This document shows positions 18,693 to 28,173 of a stretch of 32,000 bases of DNA, piece by piece. The notes below the pieces were generated by a model. It saw nothing but the letters and a program-made list of their open reading frames with translations, was not told the DNA's origin and ran no database searches. The number at the start of each line of letters is the position of its first letter. Position 1 is the stretch's first letter. The stretch is taken from the NCBI RefSeq assembly GCF_043950625.1, contig NZ_CP171007.1. One strand, written 5' to 3'. A program made the position numbers and the translations under genes. This stretch comes from Alkanindiges sp. WGS2144. GTDB taxonomy: Bacteria > Pseudomonadota > Gammaproteobacteria > Pseudomonadales > Moraxellaceae.

Positions 18693-20057
18693 TTAAAACA
18701 CCACTGCCTGATTTAACAGCAGCGACAACTTTTGTCGTGTTTCTTCATCCAGGTTTTGCTCATCTACTTTAACATAGGCAATACCATGGTTTTGCAGTAC
18801 AGCCACCTCTTCAACGCCTTCCAGAGCCAATATTTCACGGCTCCAGGTAGTCAGGCTTGGCTCTACTTTCGGCAGCTCAACCGTTAGTGTAGTCAGGTAG
18901 CGCGGCGGCTCCAGAAACCAGCTAACGCCCAGCCAAACCACCGCCATAACCAGCAGGGCAAGCCAGGCAACCGTGGTGTTAGAGCTGGCCAATAACTGCC
19001 CGCCCAATACCCCGCCAAAAAATGCACCCAGAAACTGGCTGGAAGCATTAATACCCATCGCGGTGGCTTTTACAGAAGGCAGGGCAATTTTAGACAGCCA
19101 GGATGGTAATAAAGCTTCTATCACATTAAAAGCAATAAAAAATAATGCCAAGCCTAATAACAATCCCCAACCAACAGTATGAAACGTGCTTAATATACCT
19201 AAGGCCACTGCAATACAACCAACAGCGATAATAAAAATCTGGCGCACCTGTTTTTTCTTTTCAGCCACAATAATACTGGGGAAGGCAAAAAACACACTAA
19301 TTAATAATAGGGGCAAATATACCCAGCCATGATGATTAACCGGAATTCCTGCCCATTCCACCAACTGACTTGGTATAAATACAAACAAGGCCGTCATGAT
19401 TAAATGCAGCATAAAAATAGAAACATGCAGACGGTTTAAATTAGAATTATTTAAAACAGTTTTAAATTTTTCCCGGTAATTCTGCTGTGTTTGTTTATGT
19501 TGAATCGAAACTCTTGGCACCAGCAATAATAGTAAAATAGCCAATATACCAGCAATACTGGAAAACCAGAACAGACCCTGCAAACCCACTTTGGCAGTTA
19601 ACAATGGCCCTAAAATAAATGCCAGCATGAACGAGGCGCCAATACTCATGCCAATCACTGCCATGGCCTTGCCACGCTGCTCTTCCCGGGTCACATCAGC
19701 CAGTAGCGCCATCACTACGGCCGAAATGGCTCCACTGCCTGCAATCGCCCGGCCAATGATGACCTGCCAGATATCCACTGACATGGCAGCAATTGCATTA
19801 CCCAGTGCAAACAGCAAAAGCCCAACCACAATCAAGGCACGGCGGGAGATATAATCTGACCACAGGCTAAACGGAATTTGCAAGATAGCCTGAGTTAAAC
19901 CATATACTCCTACTGCAAGACCCAAAAGCGCTGGTGTTGCGCCATCGTACTGCTGCCCTGCAATGGCAAACACTGGCACAATCATGAATAAGCCCAGCAT
20001 TCGCAGGGCAAAAATGCTTGCTAGAGCAAACGTAGAATAACGTTCGGTGGCATTCAT
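18693..20057 (-). CDS. MFS transporter with a roughly 70-aa soluble C-terminal extension
   Basis: ORF 18693..20090. The likely start is the ATG at 20057 (MNATERYSTFALASIF...). It has about 12 hydrophobic segments and an MFS motif-A-like WSDYISRR. The C-terminal 71 aa are hydrophilic. Confidence 0.85.
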   Translation of the reverse strand: MNATERYSTFALASIFALRMLGLFMIVPVFAIAGQQYDGATPALLGLAVGVYGLTQAILQIPFSLWSDYISRRALIVVGLLLFALGNAIAAMSVDIWQVIIGRAIAGSGAISAVVMALLADVTREEQRGKAMAVIGMSIGASFMLAFILGPLLTAKVGLQGLFWFSSIAGILAILLLLLVPRVSIQHKQTQQNYREKFKTVLNNSNLNRLHVSIFMLHLIMTALFVFIPSQLVEWAGIPVNHHGWVYLPLLLISVFFAFPSIIVAEKKKQVRQIFIIAVGCIAVALGILSTFHTVGWGLLLGLALFFIAFNVIEALLPSWLSKIALPSVKATAMGINASSQFLGAFFGGVLGGQLLASSNTTVAWLALLVMAVVWLGVSWFLEPPRYLTTLTVELPKVEPSLTTWSREILALEGVEEVAVLQNHGIAYVKVDEQNLDEETRQKLSLLLNQAVVF

Positions 20058-20331
20058 GAAAAATAGGAACCTTTGACGTAATGGGCGCAAAAAATTGCAG
20101 TCAGTATACCCTGATTTGAGCCATTAAACATGCCAGCCTGTGGCTATAAGGTGTACTGCCTTTTTAAGGCTGACTGCCAAACAACGACTTGAAATTATAC
20201 AAAACATCACCATATTCAGGCTTAAACTTTATGATGATTTTAAAGACGGCGCGCTCTTGATGGCCGGCCTGGCGCTTTGCCCTGCAATCACCCTGCCTGA
20301 CCGTTGTTAACCCACGACAGCTGAGATTTAC

Positions 20332-23160
20332 ATGAGCCAAAATGAAATTCGTATACGCGGTGCAAGAACACATAATTTAAAAAACGTATCTCTGGATATT
20401 CCAAGGGATAAGTTTGTGGTCATTACGGGGTTATCCGGCTCGGGTAAATCATCTCTGGCATTTGATACGCTCTATGCCGAAGGCCAGCGCCGCTATGTGG
20501 AAAGCTTGTCCGCTTACGCGCGGCAGTTTTTATCCCAAATGGAAAAGCCTGAAGTCGATAGTATTGAAGGCTTATCACCTGCGATTGCCATTGAGCAAAA
20601 GTCCACTAGCCACAACCCGCGCTCAACCGTGGGCACCATCACTGAAATTTATGACTACCTGCGCCTGCTGTATGCTCGCGTAGGAACGCCTTATTGTCCT
20701 GAGCATGACTTGCCGATGGTGGCGCAAACCATTTCTGACATGGTAGATACCGTTAAGGCATTGCCGGAGGGCACCGCACTCATGCTACTGGCACCCGTGG
20801 TACGTGATCGCAAGGGCGAATATACCCATTTATTTGAACAGTTGCAGGGTCAGGGTTTTGTGCGTGCCCGCGTGGATGGTGACATTGTAGAACTGGATGA
20901 CCCACCTACTCTGGATAAAAAGAAAAAGCATACCATTGAAGTGATTGTGGATCGCTTTAAAGTACGTGAAGACCTGGGCAACCGGCTGGCAGAATCGTTT
21001 GAAACCGCGCTGCGCCTAGGCGGCGATATTGCCACCTTAAACTGGATGGATGGCAGTCACCCAGAGCAGGTATTTTCCGCCAAGCATAGCTGTCCTAAAT
21101 GTGAACGCGCCGTGGCTGAGCTGGAACCACGCCTGTTTTCCTTTAATAATCCCTATGGCGCCTGTCCAGCCTGTGATGGCCTGGGGGTACGCAGCCATTT
21201 TAGTAGCGAAAAACTGATTGCCAATCCTGAACTATCCTTAAATCAGGGCGCGATTAAAGGCTGGGACAGACAGCGGCCCTATTATTTTAGTTTTATTACT
21301 AAGCTGGCCGCGCATTATGACATTAATATGGATGCCCCATGGCACAGCCTACCTAAAAACCAGCAGGATATTGTTTTAAATGGCAGTGGCCGCGAGAAAC
21401 TGGACTTCTCCTATATTGATGAGCGCGGTCGCAAGCAGCATCGCGTGCATGTATTTGAGGGTGTATTGCCCTACCTGGAGCGGCGTTACCGTGAAACCGA
21501 AAGCAATCTGGTACGCGATGACTTGGCACAATACCTATCCAATGCCGCCTGCGATGCCTGTGCCGGTTCACGCTTAAATGAGCTGGCACGTCACGTTAAA
21601 GTGGTCAATTGCACCTTGCCTGAAGTCACCAAAATGTCAATTGGTGATGCAGAAAGCTATTACCAGCAATTAAAACTTGATGGCGCCAAGGGCGAAATTG
21701 CCGACAAAATTTTTAAGGAAATCCGTGAGCGCCTGCATTTTCTGGTAAGCGTTGGCCTCAACTATTTAAGCCTATCGCGCTCTGCCGATACCTTGTCTGG
21801 TGGGGAAGCACAGCGTATCCGTTTGGCCTCGCAAATTGGTGCGGGTCTAATGGGCGTGATGTATGTGCTGGATGAACCCTCCATTGGCCTACATCAGCGC
21901 GACAACGATCGCCTGCTCAAGACCCTGATCCGTCTGCGTGATCTGGGCAATACTGTGCTGGTGGTAGAGCATGATGAAGATGCCATTCGCGCAGCGGATC
22001 ATATTATTGATATTGGCCCGGGTGCCGGTGTACATGGCGGGCAAATTATTGCCGAAGGCACCGCTAAAGAAATTGCAGCAGATAAAGACTCCTTAACTGG
22101 TCAGTATTTATCGGGTCGACTAAAAATTGAGGTACCCCAGCAGCGCCATACGCCTAATCCCGACAAAATGCTGCATTTAAGTGGCGCAAAAGGGCACAAC
22201 CTGAGAAATGTTAATTTAAGTATTCCTTTAGGTTTATTTACCTGTGTGACTGGTGTGTCGGGCTCAGGTAAATCTACCCTGATTAACCGCACCTTACTGC
22301 CACTGGCAGCAACCCAGCTAAACGGTGCCAGCACCTTAACCCCGGAAAAGTTTGACAGTATTGATGGCCTGCAACATCTGGACAAGGTGGTAGATATTGA
22401 CCAAAGTCCAATTGGCCGCACGCCACGCTCCAACCCGGCCACTTATACTGGTTTATTCACACCAATTCGTGAGCTGTTTGCGCAAACGGTGGAAGCTAAA
22501 GCGCGTGGTTATGCGGCGGGTCGCTTTAGCTTTAACGTGAAAGGCGGGCGCTGTGAAGCCTGCGAAGGCGATGGCATGATCAAGGTAGAAATGCACTTTT
22601 TACCAGATATGTATGTGCCATGTGATGCCTGTCATGGCAAGCGCTATAACCGCGAAACGCTGGAAGTGAGCTATAAGGGTAAAAATATTTCCGATGTGCT
22701 GGAGATGACCGTAGAAGACGCTGCAGTGTTTTTTGAGGCGATTCCGACCATTCACCGTAAGCTGGATACCTTAATTCAAGTAGGGCTTGGTTATATCCGC
22801 CTGGGGCAGGCTGCGACTACCTTGTCCGGCGGGGAGGCGCAGCGGGTAAAACTGGCGCGTGAACTAGCCAAACGGGATACCGGCAAAACGCTGTATATTC
22901 TGGATGAGCCCACCACTGGCCTGCATTTTCATGATATTGCCAAGCTACTGGAAATCCTGCATCACCTGCGTGACAAGGGCAACAGCATTGTGGTGATTGA
23001 GCATAATCTGGACGTGGTTAAAACTGCCGACTGGATTGTGGACTTGGGCCCCGAAGGTGGTTCTGGCGGTGGGATGATTATTGCCGAAGGCACGCCAGAA
23101 CAAGTGGTCAAAGTGAAGAAGTCGTATACCGGTGAGTTTTTGAGGCCGCTATTGAAGTAA
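20332..23160 (+). CDS. uvrA: Excinuclease ABC subunit A
   Basis: 942 aa beginning [19 protein letters not shown]. It has two ABC ATPase modules ([23 protein letters not shown]; LSGGEAQR twice) and zinc-finger Cys clusters. Confidence 0.97.
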   Translation: MSQNEIRIRGARTHNLKNVSLDIPRDKFVVITGLSGSGKSSLAFDTLYAEGQRRYVESLSAYARQFLSQMEKPEVDSIEGLSPAIAIEQKSTSHNPRSTVGTITEIYDYLRLLYARVGTPYCPEHDLPMVAQTISDMVDTVKALPEGTALMLLAPVVRDRKGEYTHLFEQLQGQGFVRARVDGDIVELDDPPTLDKKKKHTIEVIVDRFKVREDLGNRLAESFETALRLGGDIATLNWMDGSHPEQVFSAKHSCPKCERAVAELEPRLFSFNNPYGACPACDGLGVRSHFSSEKLIANPELSLNQGAIKGWDRQRPYYFSFITKLAAHYDINMDAPWHSLPKNQQDIVLNGSGREKLDFSYIDERGRKQHRVHVFEGVLPYLERRYRETESNLVRDDLAQYLSNAACDACAGSRLNELARHVKVVNCTLPEVTKMSIGDAESYYQQLKLDGAKGEIADKIFKEIRERLHFLVSVGLNYLSLSRSADTLSGGEAQRIRLASQIGAGLMGVMYVLDEPSIGLHQRDNDRLLKTLIRLRDLGNTVLVVEHDEDAIRAADHIIDIGPGAGVHGGQIIAEGTAKEIAADKDSLTGQYLSGRLKIEVPQQRHTPNPDKMLHLSGAKGHNLRNVNLSIPLGLFTCVTGVSGSGKSTLINRTLLPLAATQLNGASTLTPEKFDSIDGLQHLDKVVDIDQSPIGRTPRSNPATYTGLFTPIRELFAQTVEAKARGYAAGRFSFNVKGGRCEACEGDGMIKVEMHFLPDMYVPCDACHGKRYNRETLEVSYKGKNISDVLEMTVEDAAVFFEAIPTIHRKLDTLIQVGLGYIRLGQAATTLSGGEAQRVKLARELAKRDTGKTLYILDEPTTGLHFHDIAKLLEILHHLRDKGNSIVVIEHNLDVVKTADWIVDLGPEGGSGGGMIIAEGTPEQVVKVKKSYTGEFLRPLLK

Positions 23161-23167
23161 AACCTAG

Positions 23168-23206
23168 TTATAAGAGTCCATCATTAGTTAGCATGGACTC
23201 TTATAA
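23168..23206. terminator. Bidirectional intrinsic terminator between the convergent genes uvrA and the PNPOx-like gene
   Basis: A perfect 14-bp stem, TTATAAGAGTCCAT (23168-23181) with ATGGACTCTTATAA (23193-23206), encloses an 11-nt loop. It begins 8 nt after the uvrA stop and has T-rich sequence on both sides. Confidence 0.6.
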
Positions 23207-23259
23207 TGATTATTTAATTTCAAAAGTAGCCGCTGCATTAAAATAGCTATTTTTAAACA

Positions 23260-23748
23260 CTAAAATGACTCAGGCATCATATGCGGATACTCAATTGCAT
23301 GTGCTTCGGTAAATTGAATATCACGTACATGGCTAAAGTCCGACCAAATTAACCGACTGCCTTTAGTCCACTTCAATACTTTAATGCGCTGTTGTACTGC
23401 TACTATTTCTGCTTTTGTAGCAGGGCGTAATTCACTGATTTCGCCGTACCATCTCATTGCTGGGAGGGTCGCAAATTTTCCCAATACTAAAGATTTTAGC
23501 CAAAAGCCTTTGCTGGCATTAACAGCCATGATGCAAACACGAGGATTATTTTCTACATTCTTAGCCAATTGCTTGGTGTAGGTATCAAAAAAATAGCCTG
23601 TCTGGTCATTGCGTAAAAATACTGTCCCAATGGGGGTAATATGTGGCTGCCCCTGTTCATTGACTGAGGCAATTGAGCAATGCATTGTAGAGGCTTGAGC
23701 CTGTGCAAATACTTGCTGAATTGTACCCCACGCTTTTACCAGCTGCAT
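23260..23748 (-). CDS. Pyridoxamine 5'-phosphate oxidase-like (FMN-binding split-barrel) family protein
   Basis: 162 aa. The pattern ...SIASVNEQGQPHITPIGTVFLRNDQTGYFFDTYTKQLAKNVENNPRVCIMAV resembles PNPOx-like split-barrel proteins. This family call is from memory only. Confidence 0.5.
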   Translation of the reverse strand: MQLVKAWGTIQQVFAQAQASTMHCSIASVNEQGQPHITPIGTVFLRNDQTGYFFDTYTKQLAKNVENNPRVCIMAVNASKGFWLKSLVLGKFATLPAMRWYGEISELRPATKAEIVAVQQRIKVLKWTKGSRLIWSDFSHVRDIQFTEAHAIEYPHMMPESF

Positions 23749-23751
23749 ATC

Positions 23752-23793
23752 TTCTCTATATTATTAAACTCATAGGTTTAATAATATAGAGAA
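23752..23793. repeat. 18-bp perfect AT-rich inverted repeat with a 6-nt spacer, abutting the start codon of the PNPOx-like gene
   Basis: TTCTCTATATTATTAAAC (23752-23769), tcatag, GTTTAATAATATAGAGAA (23776-23793). The arms are exact reverse complements. The start codon (23746-23748) is 3 nt away. Confidence 0.85.
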
Positions 23794-23849
23794 ACCAAAC
23801 TCCTGACGCAATTGGTTTTTAAACAGTGAGGCAAGCTTTACTTCTAATC

Positions 23850-24578
23850 TCAAGACTCCTCATCAGCCTTATTCCTTACATTTTCGTTTTGTTCATGCAC
23901 CTCATGTACTGGCCGGTTTCTCACATAATGTAGCGTCACCAGACGGGACACAATTAACGTTAAATACATCACCCCAACAAACATCTGCAATGCCACCAGC
24001 ATTCGTGCCTGTGGCGTTGCGGGCACCAGATCACTCAAACCTGTATTGGATTGCACACTAAAACTTAAAAATAGCAGCTCTACCCAGGAGCGGCGCACTG
24101 GCTCGCCAGCCAGGCTAAAACTTTCCGGATAAATGATCTGGCAGGCGTTATACAAAAAGGCAAAAGCCCAGGCAAACAGGGTAAACACAGCTGCCGCCGC
24201 AAATAGCTCGTCACTGGTCAGGTATCGGTCAGCAAACATATACATCAGCAAGCCCGCTGCCGCATAAATATATGCTGCGGCTTCGACCAGGTTAGAGACA
24301 ACCTGCAAATATGTTGAGGTATAGCCCAGCATTAAGGTAACGGACAATAATAGCGCTGAAAGTACCAGTCCCAAGCCCACCGTGCTATAAATTGGGCTAC
24401 GCCTGATAATGACTGCAATCAGAAGCAACACCAGCGTACCCAGCCCCCATATCGTGGCATTACTGTTTAAGCTTCCCGTGGTGAATGGCAAAATTAGCAG
24501 CATGGTCAGTTGCAGCATCAGCAACCAGGCAGAAGGCAGGCGCCTTAAATTGCGCCAACGAAGAAAAATATTTCGCAT
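23850..24578 (-). CDS. Ion-channel-like membrane protein (6 TM, pore-loop architecture, non-canonical filter)
   Basis: ORF 23850..24635. The likely start is the ATG at 24578 (MRNIFLRWRNLRRLPS...). It has five hydrophobic helices, then a pore-helix-like segment WVELLFLSFSVQSNTGLSDLVP, then a final helix MLVALQMFVGVMYLTLIVSRLV. This resembles the K+-channel TM-P-TM module, with SNTGLSD in place of TTVGYGD. Confidence 0.55.
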   Translation of the reverse strand: MRNIFLRWRNLRRLPSAWLLMLQLTMLLILPFTTGSLNSNATIWGLGTLVLLLIAVIIRRSPIYSTVGLGLVLSALLLSVTLMLGYTSTYLQVVSNLVEAAAYIYAAAGLLMYMFADRYLTSDELFAAAAVFTLFAWAFAFLYNACQIIYPESFSLAGEPVRRSWVELLFLSFSVQSNTGLSDLVPATPQARMLVALQMFVGVMYLTLIVSRLVTLHYVRNRPVHEVHEQNENVRNKADEES

Positions 24579-24776
24579 TATCAAAGGCTCAGGAACTTTT
24601 ATAAAAATTATGCCGGATAAAACAAGAAGCCGCATAATTATTTACCAAAAAAATCAATTGATTAATTAAAATTACATGCATACTTTCAGGACAATAATAA
24701 CGAGCATGCTTATACAATAGAGCTATTATTCTGTCTGGAAAGTTTGATCACCAGTGTTTAACCCTGAAAAAAGACT

Positions 24777-25898
24777 TTAAATCATTTTTAAAATCGGCTT
24801 AATCACCTTGCCACTCAAACTATCACGGATAGCATCATTGATTTTTTTAAATGGATAAAACTTTACCAGCTTTTCCAATGGAAATTTTCCTTGTTCGTGC
24901 AGTTGCATAATTTGCTGATGCAAATCCGGGGTTTTGCCACTTCCTCCTAAAATTCCGATTAAGCGTTTACCATTTAAGGTATCCAGATGATTGAGCTTAA
25001 ATGTATTTAAGGGCGAACCACCACCCACCATGCCGCATACACCAAGTATTCCAAGTGATTCCATGGCCGCAGGTACCATTTTTCCGCCCAGTGTACAATC
25101 CAGGCTGTAGTCCAGCCGGTTTTTGGTTAGTACCCGGATTTTGGCGGCTATCGCTTCTTTGTCTGATTTAAATACATGGGTTGCGCCCAGTTTTCTGGCC
25201 AGCTTTAAACGGTTGGCATTAGGATCAACCACAATAATGGTTTCACATTCACGTACTACAGCTGCCATCACCGCAGCAAGACCGGTAGACCCTGACCCAA
25301 AAATGGCGATGCTGCTACTAGCCTGTGGCTGCAGTTCATTCAGGACAGCACCTGCCCCAGTACTGATGCTACAGCCCAGTGGCCCCATCAAATCCAGGTC
25401 GATGCTATCTGGCACCTTAATGAGATTGCGCTCTGTAGTGATAGCATGGGTGGCCCAGCTGGATTGCTGAAAAAAATGACCATACAGCTTACCGCCGTTG
25501 GCTTTTTTTATACCATGCGAACCATCTAGTCGCTGAAAGCCAAAGGTCAAGAGTGCGGCCTGCTCACAATAACGTGGCTGGTCACGCAGGCAGTTACGGC
25601 ATTTGCCACAGGACGGAATTCCCATAATTATCCGGTCACCTACCTTAAACCCGCTGACTTTACTGCCGACTGCTTCAATAATACCCGCCCCCTCATGCCC
25701 TAATACACAAGGTTTGTGGCTAGGTACATCGCCATTTAATACTTCATGGTCTGTGCCACAAATCCCACAACTGCTGATTTTGACTAGTACTTCATACTCC
25801 TGTGGTTCATCCAGTTCAATCGTAGCCAGCTTTATTTTTGGATAACGGGACAGGGAAACGAATGAACGTTCAAATATCGCAGCTGTGGCACGCATCAT
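24777..25898 (-). CDS. Zinc-dependent alcohol dehydrogenase, aryl/benzyl-alcohol dehydrogenase-like (MDR family)
   Basis: 373 aa with catalytic Zn motif CGICGTDHEV...GHEGAGIIEAVG, structural Zn motif CGKCRNCLRDQPRYC, the XylB-like segment GHFFQQSSWATHAI and NAD-binding motif FGSGSTGLAA. Confidence 0.85.
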   Translation of the reverse strand: MMRATAAIFERSFVSLSRYPKIKLATIELDEPQEYEVLVKISSCGICGTDHEVLNGDVPSHKPCVLGHEGAGIIEAVGSKVSGFKVGDRIIMGIPSCGKCRNCLRDQPRYCEQAALLTFGFQRLDGSHGIKKANGGKLYGHFFQQSSWATHAITTERNLIKVPDSIDLDLMGPLGCSISTGAGAVLNELQPQASSSIAIFGSGSTGLAAVMAAVVRECETIIVVDPNANRLKLARKLGATHVFKSDKEAIAAKIRVLTKNRLDYSLDCTLGGKMVPAAMESLGILGVCGMVGGGSPLNTFKLNHLDTLNGKRLIGILGGSGKTPDLHQQIMQLHEQGKFPLEKLVKFYPFKKINDAIRDSLSGKVIKPILKMI

Positions 25899-26084
25899 GA
25901 AACTTCCAGACCATAGAATATTTCTGAGTGTTCCATTGCTGGCGCAGTGATTAAGTACAATTTATGTACAGCGAGTGTGGGGGAAATATCTCAGGAATGC
26001 GCTATAAATATACTGCAATTTTATCGGGCCACGTTGTCATATCTGGCTAATATGGCCCAGATCACCACGACTGAAGAGAACAGG

Positions 26085-26300
26085 ATGCAACAGCAAATCA
26101 TTGGTTTTCACACTGATGAAGAACAGCACTGGGTGGCAGAGCTTGCCTGCGGGCATAATCAGCATGTACGCCATAATCCACCATGGATTAACCGCCCCTG
26201 GGTCATTACCCCAGAGGGGAGAAAACGCATGCTTGGGCAGGAACTCAACTGTAAATTATGTGATGAGGTGCCAATGACCATGGTTTATCCTGATCAATGA
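26085..26300 (+). CDS. DUF3565-family small protein (Cys/His-rich)
   Basis: The ORF is open from 25947. The conserved-looking core MQQQIIGFHTDEEQHWVAELACGHNQHVRHNPPWINRPWVITPEGRKRMLGQELNCKLCDE starts at the ATG at 26085. Alternative in-frame ATGs are at 26052 and 25947. The family call is from memory. Confidence 0.6.
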   Translation: MQQQIIGFHTDEEQHWVAELACGHNQHVRHNPPWINRPWVITPEGRKRMLGQELNCKLCDEVPMTMVYPDQ

Positions 26301-26392
26301 CCGGCTAGTCAATGTCATTTTTCGCCACTGGGTTTATAGGCAAACTCCAGTACGCTACTTCTTGATCAGCTATGTGTAAAAGGATGCGTTTC

Positions 26393-28081
26393 ATGAATCA
26401 GCTCTCCCCTGTTAGTACTACTCCACAAGCATCAGAGCAAGCTGAAACACATCCCGTATTTAATGTTGCCACGGCACTGGGCAATATCAACCTGTTTACC
26501 ACTGACACTGCCCTGCAAGAAGCCATCCAGCGTGAAGGTGCAGGTTGGGCCGTGGATGATCTAGAACAGTTTGGCGCATTGACCGGCACATCTGATTATC
26601 TGCATTTAGGACATTTGGCCAATAAATTTAAGCCAGAACTGGACACTCATGATCGCTTTGGCAATCGTGTGGATGTGGTGCATTACCATCCGGCTTATCA
26701 CCAATTGATGTCTTCAGCCTTTGCCAACCAGTTACATTCATCACCCTGGGTCAACCCTGGTTTGGGTGCACATGTGGCACGTGCCGCTAAATTGCTGATG
26801 CAGGGGCAGGTAGAGGCTGGGCATATTTGTCCTACCACCATGACCTTTGCCAGTATCCCCAGCATTCGCACCACGCCCAAACTGGCACAGCTGTGGGAAG
26901 AAAAAATTTTAAGCAGTACCTATGACCCACGTAATATCCCGGCAACCCACAAGAATGGCTTAACCGTGGGCATGGGCATGACTGAAAAACAGGGTGGCTC
27001 GGATGTACGCGCCAATACCACGGTCGCTGTTCCTGTTGCTGCGCGTGGTGCGGGTGAAGCTTATGAAATTACCGGGCATAAATGGTTTTTATCCGCGCCG
27101 ATGTGCGATTTGTTTTTGGTGCTGGCAAACACAGAAGCGGGTATTTCCTGCTTTTTGGTGCCGCGCTGGCGACCAGATGGCAGCAAAAACAGCTTACAGG
27201 TCATCCGCTTAAAAAATAAAATGGGCAATGTGTCCAATGCATCCAGTGAAGTCGAGTTTCGTGGCGCTTTAGGCTGGCTATTAAATGAAGAAGGCCGCGG
27301 GGTTGCAACCATTATTGAAATGGTCAGCCTAACCCGCTTCGACTGCATGATTGGTTCTACTGCCCTGATGCGGCGCGGTTTAATAGAAGCCATTCATCAC
27401 TGCCAGCAACGCGCAGCGTTTGGCAAAAAACTCATTGATCAGCCATTGATGCAAAACCTTCTGGCTGATTTAACTCTGGAATATGAAAGTGCCCTAGCCC
27501 TTACCATGCGTATGGCACGGGCGCTGGATCACAAAGAGTCCGACATCCATGAAGCCTTACTGGCGCGTATTGCGACGGCCATTGGCAAATACTGGATTTG
27601 CAAGCGCACGCCAAACCATATCTATGAAGCCATGGAAATCATTGGCGGCAGCGGGGTGATGGAAGACGGCTCCATGCCGCGCCTGTATCGTGAAGCGGTG
27701 ATTAATACCATTTGGGAAGGTTCTGGTAACGTGCAATGTCTGGATGTCTTGCGTGCCATGCAAAAAACGCCGGAAACTATAGCCACTTATTTTAAGGAAG
27801 TGAGCCTGGCGTGCGGTAAACATGTGTTGTTCGATAAGGCAGTGCAGCAATTGCAGGCTGAGTTTAAACACACCGATCAGCTAGAATTTCGCGCCCGCTC
27901 AATTGTGGATCAGTTGGCTGCGGTACTACAGGCCGCGTTGCTGCTGCAACATGCCCCTGAATTTGTCAGTCATGCCTTTTGTGCATCCCGCCTCGGCCAG
28001 CATGGCATGCACAACTATGGGAGTTTGCCAGTTGGCGTGGATGCAAAAGCCATTATTGCGCGGACTTATCAGGCAAACTAG
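26393..28081 (+). CDS. Acyl-CoA dehydrogenase family protein, AidB-like
   Basis: ORF 26372..28081. The ATG at 26393 has AAGGA 8 nt upstream. The N-terminal region (NLFTTDTALQEAIQREGAGW...GHLANKFKPEL...RVDVVHYHPAYHQLM) parallels E. coli AidB. The ACAD core (TEKQGGSDVRANTT, WEGSGNV) is present. Confidence 0.8.
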   Translation: MNQLSPVSTTPQASEQAETHPVFNVATALGNINLFTTDTALQEAIQREGAGWAVDDLEQFGALTGTSDYLHLGHLANKFKPELDTHDRFGNRVDVVHYHPAYHQLMSSAFANQLHSSPWVNPGLGAHVARAAKLLMQGQVEAGHICPTTMTFASIPSIRTTPKLAQLWEEKILSSTYDPRNIPATHKNGLTVGMGMTEKQGGSDVRANTTVAVPVAARGAGEAYEITGHKWFLSAPMCDLFLVLANTEAGISCFLVPRWRPDGSKNSLQVIRLKNKMGNVSNASSEVEFRGALGWLLNEEGRGVATIIEMVSLTRFDCMIGSTALMRRGLIEAIHHCQQRAAFGKKLIDQPLMQNLLADLTLEYESALALTMRMARALDHKESDIHEALLARIATAIGKYWICKRTPNHIYEAMEIIGGSGVMEDGSMPRLYREAVINTIWEGSGNVQCLDVLRAMQKTPETIATYFKEVSLACGKHVLFDKAVQQLQAEFKHTDQLEFRARSIVDQLAAVLQAALLLQHAPEFVSHAFCASRLGQHGMHNYGSLPVGVDAKAIIARTYQAN

Positions 28082-28173
28082 AGAGTCAAAAGCCTGCCTA
28101 CTCTACTGATGCAAAGGCAAGAGGAGGCTGATGACACACTCGATGGCAAGAAAGCTCGTCAGGTTTTAACACC

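Noticed and set aside
20155-20178. A direct repeat ACTGCC...ACTGCC in the uvrA/MFS divergent region, considered as an SOS/LexA operator.
   Set aside because: It does not match CTGT-N8-ACAG, and it is a direct repeat rather than an inverted one. Acinetobacter-type organisms are known to lack a canonical LexA.
20164-20373. A 69-aa minus-strand ORF spanning the uvrA upstream region and overlapping the uvrA start.
   Set aside because: It overlaps the uvrA coding start by 42 nt, and it has no Shine-Dalgarno, no motifs and an odd Cys/Arg-rich composition. It is probably spurious.
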